A stretch of 64,000 bases of DNA, from positions 29,264,001 to 29,328,000 of the forward strand of contig OX597835.1 of the NCBI GenBank assembly GCA_951406725.2, written 5' to 3'. Every line of letters begins with the position of its first letter. The first letter of the stretch is position 1. The translations under genes and the position numbers were made by a program. The stretch comes from Octopus vulgaris (Eukaryota). The notes under the pieces are model-generated. The model saw nothing but the letters and a program-made list of their open reading frames with translations. It did not search any database and was not told the origin of the DNA. Shown in pieces: positions 1 through 13,237 of the stretch.

Positions 1-214
1 ACACAACATAACATAACATCAGAAGTAGGGCTTATAGGGAGTAAAAGGGTGACATGTACAGTGACGTAAAGAACTGATCTGAACCGTGATGATCCGTCTA
101 ACCCATGCCTGGCTGGAATGCGGATTAAAATTATAATGAAATGGCAAGTGCAAAACTTAGTGCATTTCTATAAAGTGATATTGTCGTTCAAGATGCGCAT
201 GTCTGTGAAGTAAC

Positions 215-630
215 TCTTCCTCTATGCAAATATACCACTCAGTCTTCCTCATCATTTGCGCCATCGTTGAACCCGACTCTCGAATCCCCTTTCAAGGATT
301 CAGTTGTGCACTGATGTACGTACTCCTGTACGGTTACGTTCACCTCATCCATCTTCAAATCGTTGAACTAGAAGCCTGCCCTTCATCGGACCGAATAGGT
401 GAAAGCTGGAGAGCTCCAGATCCAGACTTTATGACGGATTGAGAAGAATAACACTGACCCGTCTCATTTGTCGATTGACAGCTTGCTTCCCAGACAATAC
501 CTGTGCTTACGTATTGCAAAAGGTGACTATGGATCGTGTCGAGAATCACGCACTGTTTCTTCTTCCTGAGGGCACCTGTAAGCTTTTCGGGTGTTTCACA
601 GTATGGCCAACTGTTCATGGTACAACTACA
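215..630 (-). pseudogene. Degenerate mariner-type DDD transposase C-terminal fragment
   Basis: Minus-strand translation around 435-350 gives PS*SLDLELSSFHLFGPMKGRLLVQRFED, resembling the mariner YSPDLAPSDFHLF..MK..L.G.RF motif. It is followed by RVQRWRK-like residues (mariner LV.RW.KC). Stops and frameshifts are present. Confidence 0.7.
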
Positions 631-799
631 TTAAAAAGCACAAGGGTGAATGTTGCCTTTTCCAACATATTTGTATATATGTGTGTTGTGTGTGTGTTTG
701 TGTATGTTAACTTCCATTAAAAGGAACCAACCTGATCAATGGTTATATCTTCTATATATATATATTAGTTTTTCAATACTATTCTCTTTAGTTTCGCGA

Positions 800-920
800 C
801 TTTGGCCTCGTCCTCTCTAGGGTCGATTAAATAAGTATCAATTGAGCACTGGGGTCGATGTAATCGACTTTCCCCCCTCTCCCCGAACTTGCTGGCCTTG
901 TGCCAAAATCTGAAACCAAT
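800..920 (+). mobile_element. 3' part of short tRNA-SINE (family B)
   Basis: ggtcgattaaataagtatca..ctggggtcgatgtaatcgac..gccttgtgccaaaatctgaaacc recurs at about 39950-40155 and 52130-52340. Confidence 0.65.
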
Positions 921-1037
921 ATTGTTCTATTCGATTGTGTTTTAATGTAATAAATATCCTTCTTTCGAAAATTTGTTATCATTTCCTCATTTTGTATTAG
1001 CACCAAGGGATTTAATGAAACTTAAATTATAATTATA

Positions 1038-2255
1038 CTAGCTGAAGGTGACCCGCTCTACGCGCGGGTAAGAGTGTGGTTGTTACTTTCTGTTGCTTCC
1101 TTTCAGCACGTAAAAAGCACCATCCAAACGTGGCCGATTGCAGCGCTGCCTTGACTGGCTTCTGTGCCGGTGGCATGTAAAAAGCACCAACCGATCGTGG
1201 CCGCTGCTAGCCACCCTGGCACCTGTGCCGGCGGCACTAAAAAAGCACCCACTACGCTCACAGAGTTAGGAAGGGCATCCACCTGTAGAAACACTGCCAG
1301 ATCAGACTGGAGCCTGGTGCAGCCTCCTGGCTTCCCAAACCCCGGTCAAACTGTCCAACCCCTGCTAGCACGGAAAACGGACGTTAAACGATGATGATGA
1401 TGATGATGATGATGATTCTCCCTATTTGTTTCTCTCTCACGTTTCCCACTCTCTTACTCTTCCTTTCTCTCGGAATCTCCCTCGCTTTCTCTTACTCTCT
1501 ATCTTTATCTCTCTCTCTCCCATTTATAAACAACAAAAGATCTTGAGTAAGTTGAGAAATAAAATATTTAGAAAGATCTATCATAAATATCAGGCAGTAA
1601 CAACGGAAAGGTCTGCTTCAAGGCAGACAGCAAAACACTAACATTTAAAAGGGACAGACGAACTTGCGAGCTGAATAAAAATAATAAAATATTGGAAACA
1701 AAAGTTTGAAGGGATAGAATCTCAGGATAGTAGAGTCACAATGGCTGGCATTTCTTAACGACGGACAGCAACGTTTTGACAGTTTAACGGCTGGCGTAAA
1801 ATTTTGAATTTGATGTAAAAGAAAATCTCTAAACACCAAGTTTTGAAGTGATTCTTTCTCACGACAGTAGACTCACGATGGCAAGCATTCAAAACTTCTT
1901 CATCATGGACGGCAACACATTGACGATTAAAAGGCTGGCGCAAATTTTTTAGCTTGATGTAACTTGATTTTTAGCTTGAGAATTCCTAAACACCCGATCC
2001 TTTAAATTTTAATCCCCTTCCAGCCCCCATTTAGACCCCTTTTCACATTTTGGTTAATATAACCCGATTTCATTCGGGTCTACTGGGGCCACATTTTATA
2101 AGACGAGGAATTTTGTCCTAGAGGTGACGCCTTTCATTTGAGGGAAAAAAAATAGTTGTCATGCAAACTTGCCAGCACTTTTAACATAGGTCTGCATATT
2201 TTCAGCTCAACCGACCACATAATGCACACATTATACATATATATATATATATATA

Positions 2256-2341
<86 letters not shown>

Positions 2342-3104
2342 TTGGAGTCTCTCTCATACGTGAGCGTTGACGCTGATTTCGACTGGTAAGCAGGTAACTT
2401 TGTCTTTGTTGAAATAGTTGTGAGCTGCTGGAGTTATTTCTCTGACGGTTAATAGGAATTTCCACATTCTCCGAGGAAACGAACTGTTGACCCAGACAAT
2501 TAGAATTAATTTTAATAAAAGCATCAATTTAAGAAAAAATAATAAAGTAGTAAAAAATGAAAATTTAGCACGAAAAATTTTGAGGGTTCTAAATAAATGT
2601 TAAAATGTAATAGATACAAAAAACCTACGTTATCACAAGAACACGAACGCTCGTTGGTGTGTTCTGTTTGTATCTGTTCCATCGGCGCGTTGACAGGCAG
2701 ACAATAGAATGCAATGGCGAGATTCATAATATTTGTTGCCATGATTGAGTGTTGGTTGTGGCGATGATAATTCTCTCTATGAATGCAGACAGATACATAA
2801 AAGAACGCCGTTTGACGAAGTGAAAGTGATGGGAAGGTAGGAAATAGAGTGAGTGAAAAGGTGCTGGGAAGGGAGGAAATAGCGTGAGTGAGTGAGGAAG
2901 ACAGAATGGGAGTGGACTTATCAAAGTGGGTTTTTGGCCCTAGCAACGACACCTTTTAAGATAGGGATTTCTAACGTAGCCCACGGGCATCATCACCTCA
3001 TTTTACATGTCCCTGTAAATTTTGGAGTCAATCCGACGGAATGTAGTGGCCTTGAAAGCGATCCAAGCGGTCCAAAAGCATTTCAGTTTTATATATAGAG
3101 AAGA
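1038..3104 (-). mobile_element. Non-autonomous Helitron with nested insertions
   Basis: The minus strand starts A|TCTTCTCTATATATAAAACTGAAATGC at 3104 and ends with hairpin acccgc-gcgtaga-gcgggt, then CTAG|T (1041-1038). The 5' end is nearly identical to the Helitron at 60489. Internal imperfect tandem repeats lie at about 1720-1965. Joining both ends into one element is inferred. Confidence 0.65.
1103..1416 (+). mobile_element. 5'-truncated retroposon with RTE-like tail ending ggacgttaaac(gat)n
   Basis: Internal repeats of gcacgtaaaaagcacc, an aggaagggcatcc motif, and a 3' end ggacgttaaacgatgatgat typical of RTE-mobilised elements. Confidence 0.55.
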
Positions 3105-3184
3105 TTGCAAGTGTGTCATGGTTTTTGATATTAGCCACAGTAGTTGAAATTGTTCTTCGAAATTTCCCCGTCATATGATGTGAA

Positions 3185-3240
<56 letters not shown>

Positions 3241-3351
3241 ATGCGTGTGTGTGTGTGCATGCGTGTGTGTGTGTGTATGGGGGTGTGTGTGTGTGCATTC
3301 GTGTGAGTGTATGTGTGTGTGTGTGTGTGCGTGTGTGTGTATTCATTTATC

Positions 3352-3700
3352 CTTTTACTCGTTTCAGTCATTTGACTTCGGCCATGCTGGAGCAGCGCCT
3401 TTCGTCGAGCAAATCGATCCCAGTACTTATTCTATCGGTCTCTTTTGCCGAATCGCTAAGTGACGGGGACGTAAACACACCAACACTGCTTGTCATGAGA
3501 TGGTAGCGAGACAAACACAGACACACAAATATATACATATATACGACTAGCTTCCTTTAGTTTCTCTCTGTCAAACTCACTCACACGGCTTTGGTCAGCC
3601 CAAGGCTATAGTAGAAGACACTTGCTCAAGATGCCATGCAGTGGGACTGAAACCAGAACTATGCCGTTTGGAAGCAAGCTTCTTACCACACAGCCAAGAG
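3352..3700 (-). mobile_element. tRNA-derived SINE family A (~400 bp)
   Basis: Reverse complement of the element at 56925-57325, with tail tttcagtcatttgact..ggccatgctggagc. Confidence 0.8.
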
Positions 3701-4015
3701 AACTAGGTATAGTTCCAGAATATAAAATAAATAATGATAGACAGACAGACAGACAGCGAAATAGATAGGTTGCTATGTAATATAACAATATATAAGACTA
3801 ACTTTCACGATTTTGTGGGTCTCATTTTCCCAGGAACAGTTTGGATGTATCGGAGAACAGTCAACGGTGTGTGGGGGAGTGAGTATCGGGATTAGAGTTG
3901 CAGTTCAAGAAAAATGAATTGATATGGACGAGTGGAAGTCATCTGAATATTGGGGAAGTGTTACGTGTATCAAGATGATTCCCGGCTCGAAGGTTCCGAC
4001 ACCAGGAATGCTGCT

Positions 4016-4395
4016 TACATACATACATACACACATACACACACACATACATACATACATACACACATACATACATACATACATACATACATACATGCAT
4101 GCATGCATGCATACATACATACATACATACATACATACATACATACATACATACATACACACATACATACATACATACATACATACATACATACACACAC
4201 ATACATACATACACACATACATACATACATACATACATACATACATACACACACACACATACATACATGCACACATACATACATACATACATACATACAT
4301 ACATACATGCATGCATGCATACATACATACATACATACATACATACATACATACACACATACATACATACACACATACATACATGCATACATACA

Positions 4396-4425
<30 letters not shown>
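4016..4425. repeat. (TACA)n microsatellite
   Basis: Direct tandem repeat. Similar arrays at about 22890-23245 and 23500-24480. Confidence 0.95.
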
Positions 4426-4427
<2 letters not shown>

Positions 4428-4745
4428 AACGGGGGATATAGTCCTTAAAATAATCATACCGGTGGCAAGTGTATAAAAAAGCCATATATATATACGACGA
4501 GCTTCCTTCATTTTTCGTGAACCATTCACAAGGCCTTGGTCCGCCCGATGCTAAAGTAGACGACACTTGCTCAAGGTATTATGCATTAGGACTGAACCCG
4601 GGACCATACGATTGGGAAGCGTACTCTTTACCACATAGCCACGCCTGCGACTATAAATCCATTTGTGCGAGTATGTGAAAGGAGAGCAATTTTAATACAG
4701 ATATGTATGTATGTACGTGTGGCCGTGTATGTACGTGTACACATG

Positions 4746-4798
<53 letters not shown>

Positions 4799-4876
4799 AT
4801 ACAAACTCTTGTTTGAATACTTGCAGAAGAAAGTGCAAGTAGTAGATAGAGAAATTACAAAAGCATTAGAAATGAT

Positions 4877-4907
<31 letters not shown>

Positions 4908-5352
4908 AAGAGGGAGCTAGAGAGAGGTGGGAGAGAATATGATAGACAAATATATATGAGTGAGAGGAAGATATAGATAGATAGAGAGAGAGAGAGGGGG
5001 TCAAATATAGAGGTAGGTGGAAAGCAAGAAAGCGATGTAGCACACACAAAATCTCTAATATGACATAACTACAACGTTAAAACTACCAGAAAGTGGTTGG
5101 TTGTGGTAGGAAAGAAGAGCGGATAAAAATGGTCTTAGCTGACACGAGATATGGGCGAATGACTGGATCGAGATCAAGATACACGTTCGGGAAAGTTGCT
5201 TATTAGATAATACACTTCCTCCTCCTCCTCCTCCTCCTCCTCCTCCTCCAGCAAAGCCAACAACCGGCATCACGAGAAGAGAGAAACTTTTAAGCCATGC
5301 GCCATCAAAGTAAAAAAAGCTTCAGCTATGTATATATGCATGTAAGTACATG

Positions 5353-5354
<2 letters not shown>

Positions 5355-5429
<75 letters not shown>

Positions 5430-5449
5430 GTATATATATGTATGCATAC

Positions 5450-5511
<62 letters not shown>

Positions 5512-5648
5512 CGTACATACGTATATACATATTTACTTATAGATATTCATATATATATATATTAATCATGTATGTACATATATATGTCATATAATATATA
5601 TATATACATACATGTGTATATATATATGTATATATATATATACGTGTG

Positions 5649-5691
<43 letters not shown>

Positions 5692-6216
5692 CTGTGTGTC
5701 TGTGGATCTGTGCGTCTGTGCGCTTGTACGTCTATGTATATGTATGTATGGATGGATGTATGTATCTATGTATGTATGTATGCATGCATGTATGTATGTA
5801 TGTATGTATTTTAAGCCAGTATGAGAAGAAGAAAAAACAAGAAAAGAAACATAACAAACGAAATAAAAAAAATTGGAAAGCTAAAAGCGAGGCAGGTTAA
5901 CCCGATTTGTTCAATACGGTTGCTGTCACCCTGACCAGATAAAAACTGATTATCAACCGTTTGCAATGTCAAGGGCAAACAATACATGTATAAATAAATA
6001 AAGGAATAAACTAAAGAACAAAATGTATCCGATAAACCAATAAATAAAAGTATTAAACGAAAATATGTGTCACAAATACACACATGTATATGTGTGCCTA
6101 TATATATATATGTGTGTATGTGTGTGTGTGCGTGTATGTATATACAGATATATATATGTATATATATATATATATGTATATATATCTATATGTATATACA
6201 TGTATATGTATATATG

Positions 6217-6248
<32 letters not shown>

Positions 6249-6266
6249 TACATACATACATATATG

Positions 6267-6301
<35 letters not shown>

Positions 6302-6569
6302 ATATGTATATGTATATACAGATATATATATGTATATACATGTATATGTATATATGTATGCATATATATGTATATATATACATATATATGTATATATATA
6401 TACATATATATGTATATACATATATATATATATATATATACACACCTACAGATTATACATATATATATATAGAAAGAGAAACGTATATATGTACTATATG
6501 CACATATGCATCCATATGTCTGTATATATCTGTATATATAATGTATGTATATACATATATGTTTGTATG

Positions 6570-6605
<36 letters not shown>

Positions 6606-6745
6606 CGCACACAAAAATACATATATGCATATATACAGTATATTCATACTTATATGTGTATATATACATATATGTGTGCGTGTGCATATATATATGTATG
6701 TGTGATTACACACACATACGCACAAACGCACACACACACACACAC
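5355..6745. repeat. Compound (TA)n/(TG)n/(TATG)n low-complexity region
   Basis: Visible dinucleotide and tetranucleotide arrays with short unique interruptions. Confidence 0.85.
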
Positions 6746-6794
6746 AGAGGGTGCGGTGAATAAATTGTCGTCTAAATTACGCAAAAAGTGAAAA

Positions 6795-6997
6795 TAACGA
6801 GCAGGCCAACAGAAGAAAGAGTCAGAGAAAGTGGTGGCAAAGAGTACAGCAGGGATCCCCACCGCCTCCTGTAAGAACCTCGTGGAGCTTTAGGTGTTTT
6901 CGCTCAATAAACATTCACAACGCCCGGTCTGGGAATCGAAAGCGCGATACTAGAACCGCGAGTCCGCTGCCCTAACCACTGTGCCATTGCGCCTCCA
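6795..6997 (-). mobile_element. tRNA-derived SINE family C head and body
   Basis: Reverse complement of ggaggcgcaatggc..agtggttagggcagcggactcgc..ttcgattcccagaccgggcgttgtg, as at 9853, 49789 and 50252. Confidence 0.8.
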
Positions 6998-7015
6998 GGT
7001 ATGTATGTATGTATG

Positions 7016-7091
<76 letters not shown>

Positions 7092-7094
<3 letters not shown>

Positions 7095-7561
7095 TTATAT
7101 TATATTGAGGGTACTACTATTCGTAGATACCAACACGCTAACAGGGACCAATGCGGTCAAAACTACTAAAAATAAACAAAAATTTTACCGAATGCAAAAC
7201 TTCAAAACACATCATTTTAAAAAAGAATTCAGTTACATATCACATGTGATTTCGCATTTAAATGCAGAATATGCATTTTATGTTCATCAGTGCAACAAAC
7301 TCAAGAAATATAAGAGAAAAACATAACATTTAAGCTCGATAGCCAACCGTAGAATTCGTCGTGGCATGTCCGAATGTTTATCTTTACATATCTATGAAAA
7401 TGGCGGGCTTATTCGCAATGCATTTCGGTAGCAAATTGTCTATTCGGAATAATGTTTTGCATTCGGTAAAATTTTTGTTTATTTTTAGTAGTTTTGACCG
7501 CATTGGTCCCTCTTAGCGTGTTGGTATCACGAATAGTAGTACCCTCAATATAATATAAATG
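7092..7561. mobile_element. MITE-like element with ~108-bp terminal inverted repeats
   Basis: 7092-7200 (catttatattatattgagggtactactattcg...gaatgcaaaac) is the near-perfect reverse complement of 7454-7561. Confidence 0.75.
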
Positions 7562-7662
7562 AATATTTTCAAAGAGGAAGAATTTACGGATTTTTTCTCT
7601 TACGAGGTTTTTCACGCTGACTACTGATAATTTCTTTTAAAGATTTTATCCTCAATTGTTAA

Positions 7663-7718
<56 letters not shown>

Positions 7719-7818
7719 TCCTGAGCGCCATACTAATACAATTGTTTGTTTGTTTCCACCTGCCTTCGTCTTTTGTCTATTTTCATAAAGCTTCCCGTTA
7801 TATATATATATATGTATG

Positions 7819-7928
<110 letters not shown>

Positions 7929-7930
7929 TA

Positions 7931-8163
7931 CAGGGATGGCCAAAAGTCACCCGACAATAACTCAAAATTCCATAAATGCTATCTGTATTTTTGTATAGAC
8001 TCGGATGGAAAAATGTGTCGCTCAAGGAGGATTTCAGTTTGAACAATTTTAGTGATGTTTCATAGTTAGATACTTATATTAAATACATTCAGTTTTTGAA
8101 CATTAGTAAATCTTAGAATTAAATGGCTTTGATTTACTGTCAGGTGACTTTTGGTCAACCCTG
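7931..8163. mobile_element. Tc1/mariner-type MITE
   Basis: TIRs cagggatggccaaaagtcacccgaca / tgtcaggtgacttttggtcaaccctg, with TA on the left flank. Confidence 0.8.
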
Positions 8164-8173
8164 TGTGTGTGTA

Positions 8174-8235
<62 letters not shown>

Positions 8236-8559
8236 ATATTGCTGAAAACGAATCAACGTGGATAAGGGCGAAGAGAAATTTCCAATGGACCTAGTTATGG
8301 ACTCCATTGCTAATTTACAGAAATATATGGAAGAAGGGAACTCATTTCTTTGTCGGTCAGAGTGGCCTAGTGTGCAGAAACACAGACCTGGGAACGCAAG
8401 TTCACAAAACGAACGATCCTTGTTCAAATCCCGTTGGAGATAGGATTTTGGAATGCAGCAGGAGAACACCTAGGAGTCATGATCTGGGTGGCCCCGGCTC
8501 CCGTATAAGGGGCGAAAAACTATGTATACGTATATACTTGTATTTATATATGTGTCTAT

Positions 8560-8790
8560 TTCTTTATTGCCCATAAGGGGCTAAACATAGAGGCGACAAA
8601 CAAGGAGAGACAAAAGGATTAAGTCGATTACATCCATCGACCCCAGTGCGTAACTGGTACTTATTTAATCGACACGGAAAGGATGAAAGGCAAAGTCGAC
8701 CCCGGCGGAATTTGAACTCAGAATGTAACGCCAGATGAAATACCGCTAAACATTTCGCCCGGCGTGCTAACGATTCTGCCAGGTCGCTAC
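8560..8790 (-). mobile_element. Short tRNA-SINE family B with Tx1-like tail
   Basis: Head gacctggcagaatcgttagcacgccgggcgaaatg, B-box-like gagttcaaattcc, and tail gccccttatgggcaataaagaaa. Imperfect TSD cttgtatttatat at about 8537 and 8792. Confidence 0.8.
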
Positions 8791-9107
8791 CCTTGTATTT
8801 ATATGTTTCTATAAATGTGAGTGTGTGTGTATATATGCTTATCTAACATACACACACACACCTTTTATTTTTTACTCGTTCCAGGCGTTAGAGTGCAGTC
8901 AGGCTACGGTACCACTTTGAAGTAGTTTTAGTCGAATGAATCGACCCCCGTCCCTCTTTTCTTTTCTTTTTTAAGCCTGGTACTTATCCTATCATACTAT
9001 TATGCCGATCCGCTAAGTTACGGGGACGGTAACAAACCAACACCGTTTGTAAGGGAGAAACCTAGACACAGATATCACACAATCACATACATTTCTTTTT
9101 AATGTTT

Positions 9108-9450
9108 TGTGGACTCCCCATCGGTCACGAATGACCGCGGGATTGCACCCAACAAGTTACCCTCCGAGGCACAATTCCGGCCAAGTTTTTTTTATGGAAG
9201 ACCAGCAACAACCCGTGCTTACCAGACTCTCCTCTCTACGCTATTGATGTTATCCAAGGAAAAGGCAAAGGTCGATACAGCTTGGCACCAGTAACGTCGC
9301 AACTCATTTCTACAGATGAGTGGTCTGGAGCAACGAGAAAAATAAAGTGTCTTGCTCAAGAACACAACACGGTCTAGGAGTCAAACTCACTTCCTCACGA
9401 ATGTGAACCCGATGTTCTAATCTCTGGACACGAACCTACGTGATTGCCAT
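9108..9450 (-). mobile_element. Degenerate CORE-like SINE
   Basis: The minus strand has gtgttcttgagcaagacacttta...ttgctccag. Related segments occur at about 11855-11910 (+) and 63460-63590 (-). Confidence 0.55.
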
Positions 9451-9629
9451 GCGAAGTTTTTAGCTGCACACACACACACACATACACGCCCACACACGCA
9501 CGCCCACACACACGCTCGCATACACACATAGACACAGATATGTATGTATATGTATATACTCCCACACTCCCCCACACATATCGAAATCATCACCGTGGAA
9601 CTAGATATTGCCATATGCAATAATAAGAA

Positions 9630-9665
<36 letters not shown>

Positions 9666-9852
9666 TTACTACGACTACAGTTATAGCAGGAACAACCACT
9701 GCAATATCGAAGCCGGAATGTGATCGGTTCAGTATTTTGAAAGAGATGCTAATCTCACACATTACAGATTGGATGGTCATGGACGGAATGCATTTGACCA
9801 TTTGACCACTAGTTTACAGTGTTGAGTTGCTGTTGGAGAGTAACATCAGCGA

Positions 9853-10260
9853 TGTGGAGGCGCAATGGCCCAGTGGTTAGGGCAGCGGACTCGCGATCGT
9901 AAGGAATCGGTTTCTATTCCCAGACCGGGCATTGTGAGTGTTTATTGAGCAAAAACACCTAAGCTCCACGAGGCTCCGGCGGGGGATGTGTGGTGAACTC
10001 CGCTGTACTCTTTCACCACGACTTTCTCTCACTCTTTCTTCCTACTTCTGCCACAAAGCAGAGGAACCATGGTGTAACGCACTATGGTGTGGCAAACTTT
10101 CAGACCCTAGTTTAGATTGCGAATCCTCTGTATCCCAGGATGGCTCAACTCTCCACCCGTTAAAAGCCACCGTTTACAGAATGAGGATAACAACGTAGCT
10201 TTTGCGCCCGTGCAACCGCCAGTCTATCGCGTGTGGTGGGTGGATCTTCAAGTTGCCACA
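9853..10260 (+). mobile_element. SINE family C copy with its own 3' extension
   Basis: tRNA-like head tggcccagtggttagggcagcggactcgc, shared body to actttctctcactctttcttc (about 10040), then divergent sequence. The 3' boundary is uncertain. Confidence 0.65.
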
Positions 10261-10314
10261 CGCATTCTTAGTAGCTTAGAGTAGGTACGAATTAGAGATT
10301 ATTCTTCTTGATTG

Positions 10315-10582
10315 GAAGAAGAAGAAGAAGAAGAAGAAGAAGAAGAAGAAGGATGAGGAGGAGGAGAAGCAGAAGAAGAAGCAGAAGAAGAAGAAGAAGA
10401 AGGAGGAGGAGGAGGAGGAGGAGAAGCAGAAGAAGAAGAAGAAGAAGAAGAAGAAGAAGAAGAAGCAGAAGAAGAAGAAGAAGAAGGAGGAGGAGGAGGA
10501 GGAGGAGAAGAAGAAGAAGAAGAAGAAGAAGAAGAAGAAGAAGAAGAAGAAGAAGAAGAAGAAGAAGAAGAAGAAGAAGAAG
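10315..10582. repeat. (GAA)n/(GGA)n purine tract
   Basis: Trinucleotide tandem array. Confidence 0.95.
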
Positions 10583-11444
10583 ACATCAGCGATAGCAAGT
10601 TGAAACATCTTCTTCGTAATTCGTGTATATAGTCTGGAAATGAGAAGGAATGGTAAGAAGCCGGAGGGCGAGAAAAGGAAAGAGAGGAGGAGGGAGAGAA
10701 GAAGAAGTCCTTTAAAATTTGACAAAAGTTTAGTTTTTTTAGTAGGAAGCATTAATCGATTACACCGATCAAGTACTTAACTGGTGCTTTATTTAATTGA
10801 GCCTGAAAAGATGCAAGACAAGTTCAACCTCGGCGAGATTTGAACTCAGAACGTGGAGAGCCAGAAGGAACGGTACGAAGCGTTCTGTCAGCTCTCCTGT
10901 GTTAGTATTGAAGACTTAACAAGATGGCGCACCACAATGGCGCAGACGATATCGACGCTAAATAAGATAATGTATAAATTTCAGAACCGTTGTCTCTGAT
11001 ATTTGAACGTTGCATGTAACTGGTATCTATTTATGGAGCAGGATGTGTTTTAGAACAATGTTGACCTTGTAGTAATTGTCACGCAGATGTGTGTTTGGAA
11101 ACTAACACTGTGAGACATTAAATACCAGGATATATGTATATAAATATACTGTGGTGATCTTGATTACACTTAAACTAATGAGACCCAATTAGTTGTAAAT
11201 CACGATAATCCGGTTCACAGGCCTACTCACATTCTTTATTTAATTTTCCTCAATCTACGCCCACAGCACGGCTTTTCTATTCATCGATAAAATATGTAGC
11301 CATGTTAAACCAGAGCAAATAAATTTTCTATACTCGTCTCCTATAAAGTTTGTGATACTGCGTCGATATTTTGTCTAAAATGAACAAACCCTACCGCTAA
11401 TTGCGGTGTCCGTTTATAGTCACAGCCTCAAACAGAATTGATTC

Positions 11445-11655
11445 TTTTTATACTCTAGGCACAAGGCCCGAAATTTTGAGGGTGGGGAGCCGAATAGATC
11501 GACCCCAGTACGCAAATTGTACTTAATTTATCGATCACGAAAGGATGATTGGCAAACTCGACTTCGGTGGAATTTGAACTCAGAACGTAAAGACAGACGA
11601 AATACTGCTAAGCATTTCACCCGGCGTGCTAACGTTTCTGCCAGCTCGCCTCCTT
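11445..11655 (-). mobile_element. Short tRNA-SINE family B with alternative tail
   Basis: Same head as 8560-8790 but with tail gggccttgtgcctagagtataaaaag. Flanked by direct repeat agaattgatt (about 11435 and 11662). Confidence 0.8.
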
Positions 11656-11789
11656 AATAATAGAATTGATTGAACCAGGAATAGGCAAACTACGGAATCA
11701 GGCCAAGTCAGTTATCTATTGAATATATTCACTATGTGGTCTCGCATAAAACCATATTGCTTCTTTTTTTCTCTGGTTAGTGAACAATA

Positions 11790-12090
11790 GTGAAGGTGCG
11801 CAGTTTCGCGGTTTCGGCACTCGGCTAACGACCTAGTTCGATTCCCGGTGGCGCGACGTGTCATTCAGCAAGATACTTTATTTCAAGTGGCTCCAGCTCA
11901 CTCCGATGTCAAGAATGAGTGGTACCTGTATTTCAAAGGACCAGCCTTGTCACATTCTATATCAAACTGAATCTCCCTGAGAACTACGTTAAGGGTACAC
12001 GTGTCGGTGGAGTACTCACCCACTTGTACTTTTCACTAGCAGGCTGTTGCGTTTATCGGACCAACTGGAAACCTCGTCGTCGTAAAGGAC
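11790..12090 (+). mobile_element. SINE with CORE-like middle and a tail shared with the family C copy at 50252
   Basis: B box gttcgattccc, then agcaagatacttta. The tail gtacctgtatttcaaagg.ccagccttgtcaca...gagaactacgttaagggtacacgtgtc closely matches 50450-50610. Confidence 0.65.
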
Positions 12091-12291
12091 GTAGAGCCAT
12101 CAAACAATTAAACATTCGTTATCGAAATACAGGAGCCAAATTCCTTGCTGTTTTTTCCTTTTGTTTTTCTCTTCTTTTTTTATTTCGTTCAGTAGCTTCA
12201 TACAAACAAAGCTTTATTTTAATACAAAACAATAAAATTAAAAATTAATAATAATAATAATCATAATCATAATAATAATAATAATAATAAT

Positions 12292-12982
12292 AGTACTTTA
12301 AACTTACAACACAAAATGTACGAAAAACTACACGTGCAAAACAATGTGACAACAGAAATGAACGGACCGGTACCCTACGAAAATGACGACCGTCAAAATA
12401 ATGGGCTGGACGTTGTTCCTCATGTCCCGCAAATAAAACCCAAAAGACATAAATGGACACGTGAGAAATACATTTCTATCCTACACGCATACTTCACAGC
12501 AGTGCTCTACCCAAAAAATGAAAACACAACAACACATACATATAAAATATGGAAGGAAAATAACATAAATATAGACTTGGATACAGCAATGAACCCTAAT
12601 AAATTAGCTAACGTACGAAGATACATTCTCAACGCTTAAAAAATATCAGAAATAGAAATAGAACATCTAAAAGGAAAAATACACCAGGAAAATGTAGATA
12701 GACGCCACACAACAATGCCCAATAATATAAACACTGAACCTATCATAGTAGGTGCATTAGGTATGATAAAAAGATAGTCAGACAAATACATAACAAAAAA
12801 ACCAGGACTTACAAACACATATAACATACAGAAAATTGCACTACTAGGCACTGCACACCTCCTACGCAGAACACTTTCCATACAATAACCATCAGAGCAT
12901 CACAACAAATCACAGCACATACCCAAGGCACACAGAGCTGTGCTCGGTAGTGAAGTGAAAGCACGCTATAAAAATAAAACTA

Positions 12983-12987
<5 letters not shown>
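12292..12987 (+). mobile_element. Internally deleted R4/Dong-like RLE non-LTR retrotransposon in (TAA)n
   Basis: N-terminal KRHKWTREKYISILHAYF...NKLANVRRYILN is fused to RLE C-terminus EPIIVGALGMIK...IQKIALLGTAHLLRRTL*. (TAA)n lies on both sides. Confidence 0.75.
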
Positions 12988-13040
<53 letters not shown>

Positions 13041-13062
13041 TAATAATAATAATAATAATCAA

Positions 13063-13129
<67 letters not shown>

Positions 13130-13161
13130 CTAATAATAATAATAATAATGCTAATAATAAC

Positions 13162-13236
<75 letters not shown>

Positions 13237-13237
<1 letters not shown>

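Noticed and set aside
1103-1260. Short repeats gcacgtaaaaagcacc with spacers, superficially CRISPR-like
   Set aside because: Only three degenerate units inside a eukaryotic retroposon, the spacers are related, and there are no cas genes.
8230-8520. Unique-looking sequence with 61-104 aa ORFs, a possible host exon
   Set aside because: No recognisable domain and no clear splice signals.
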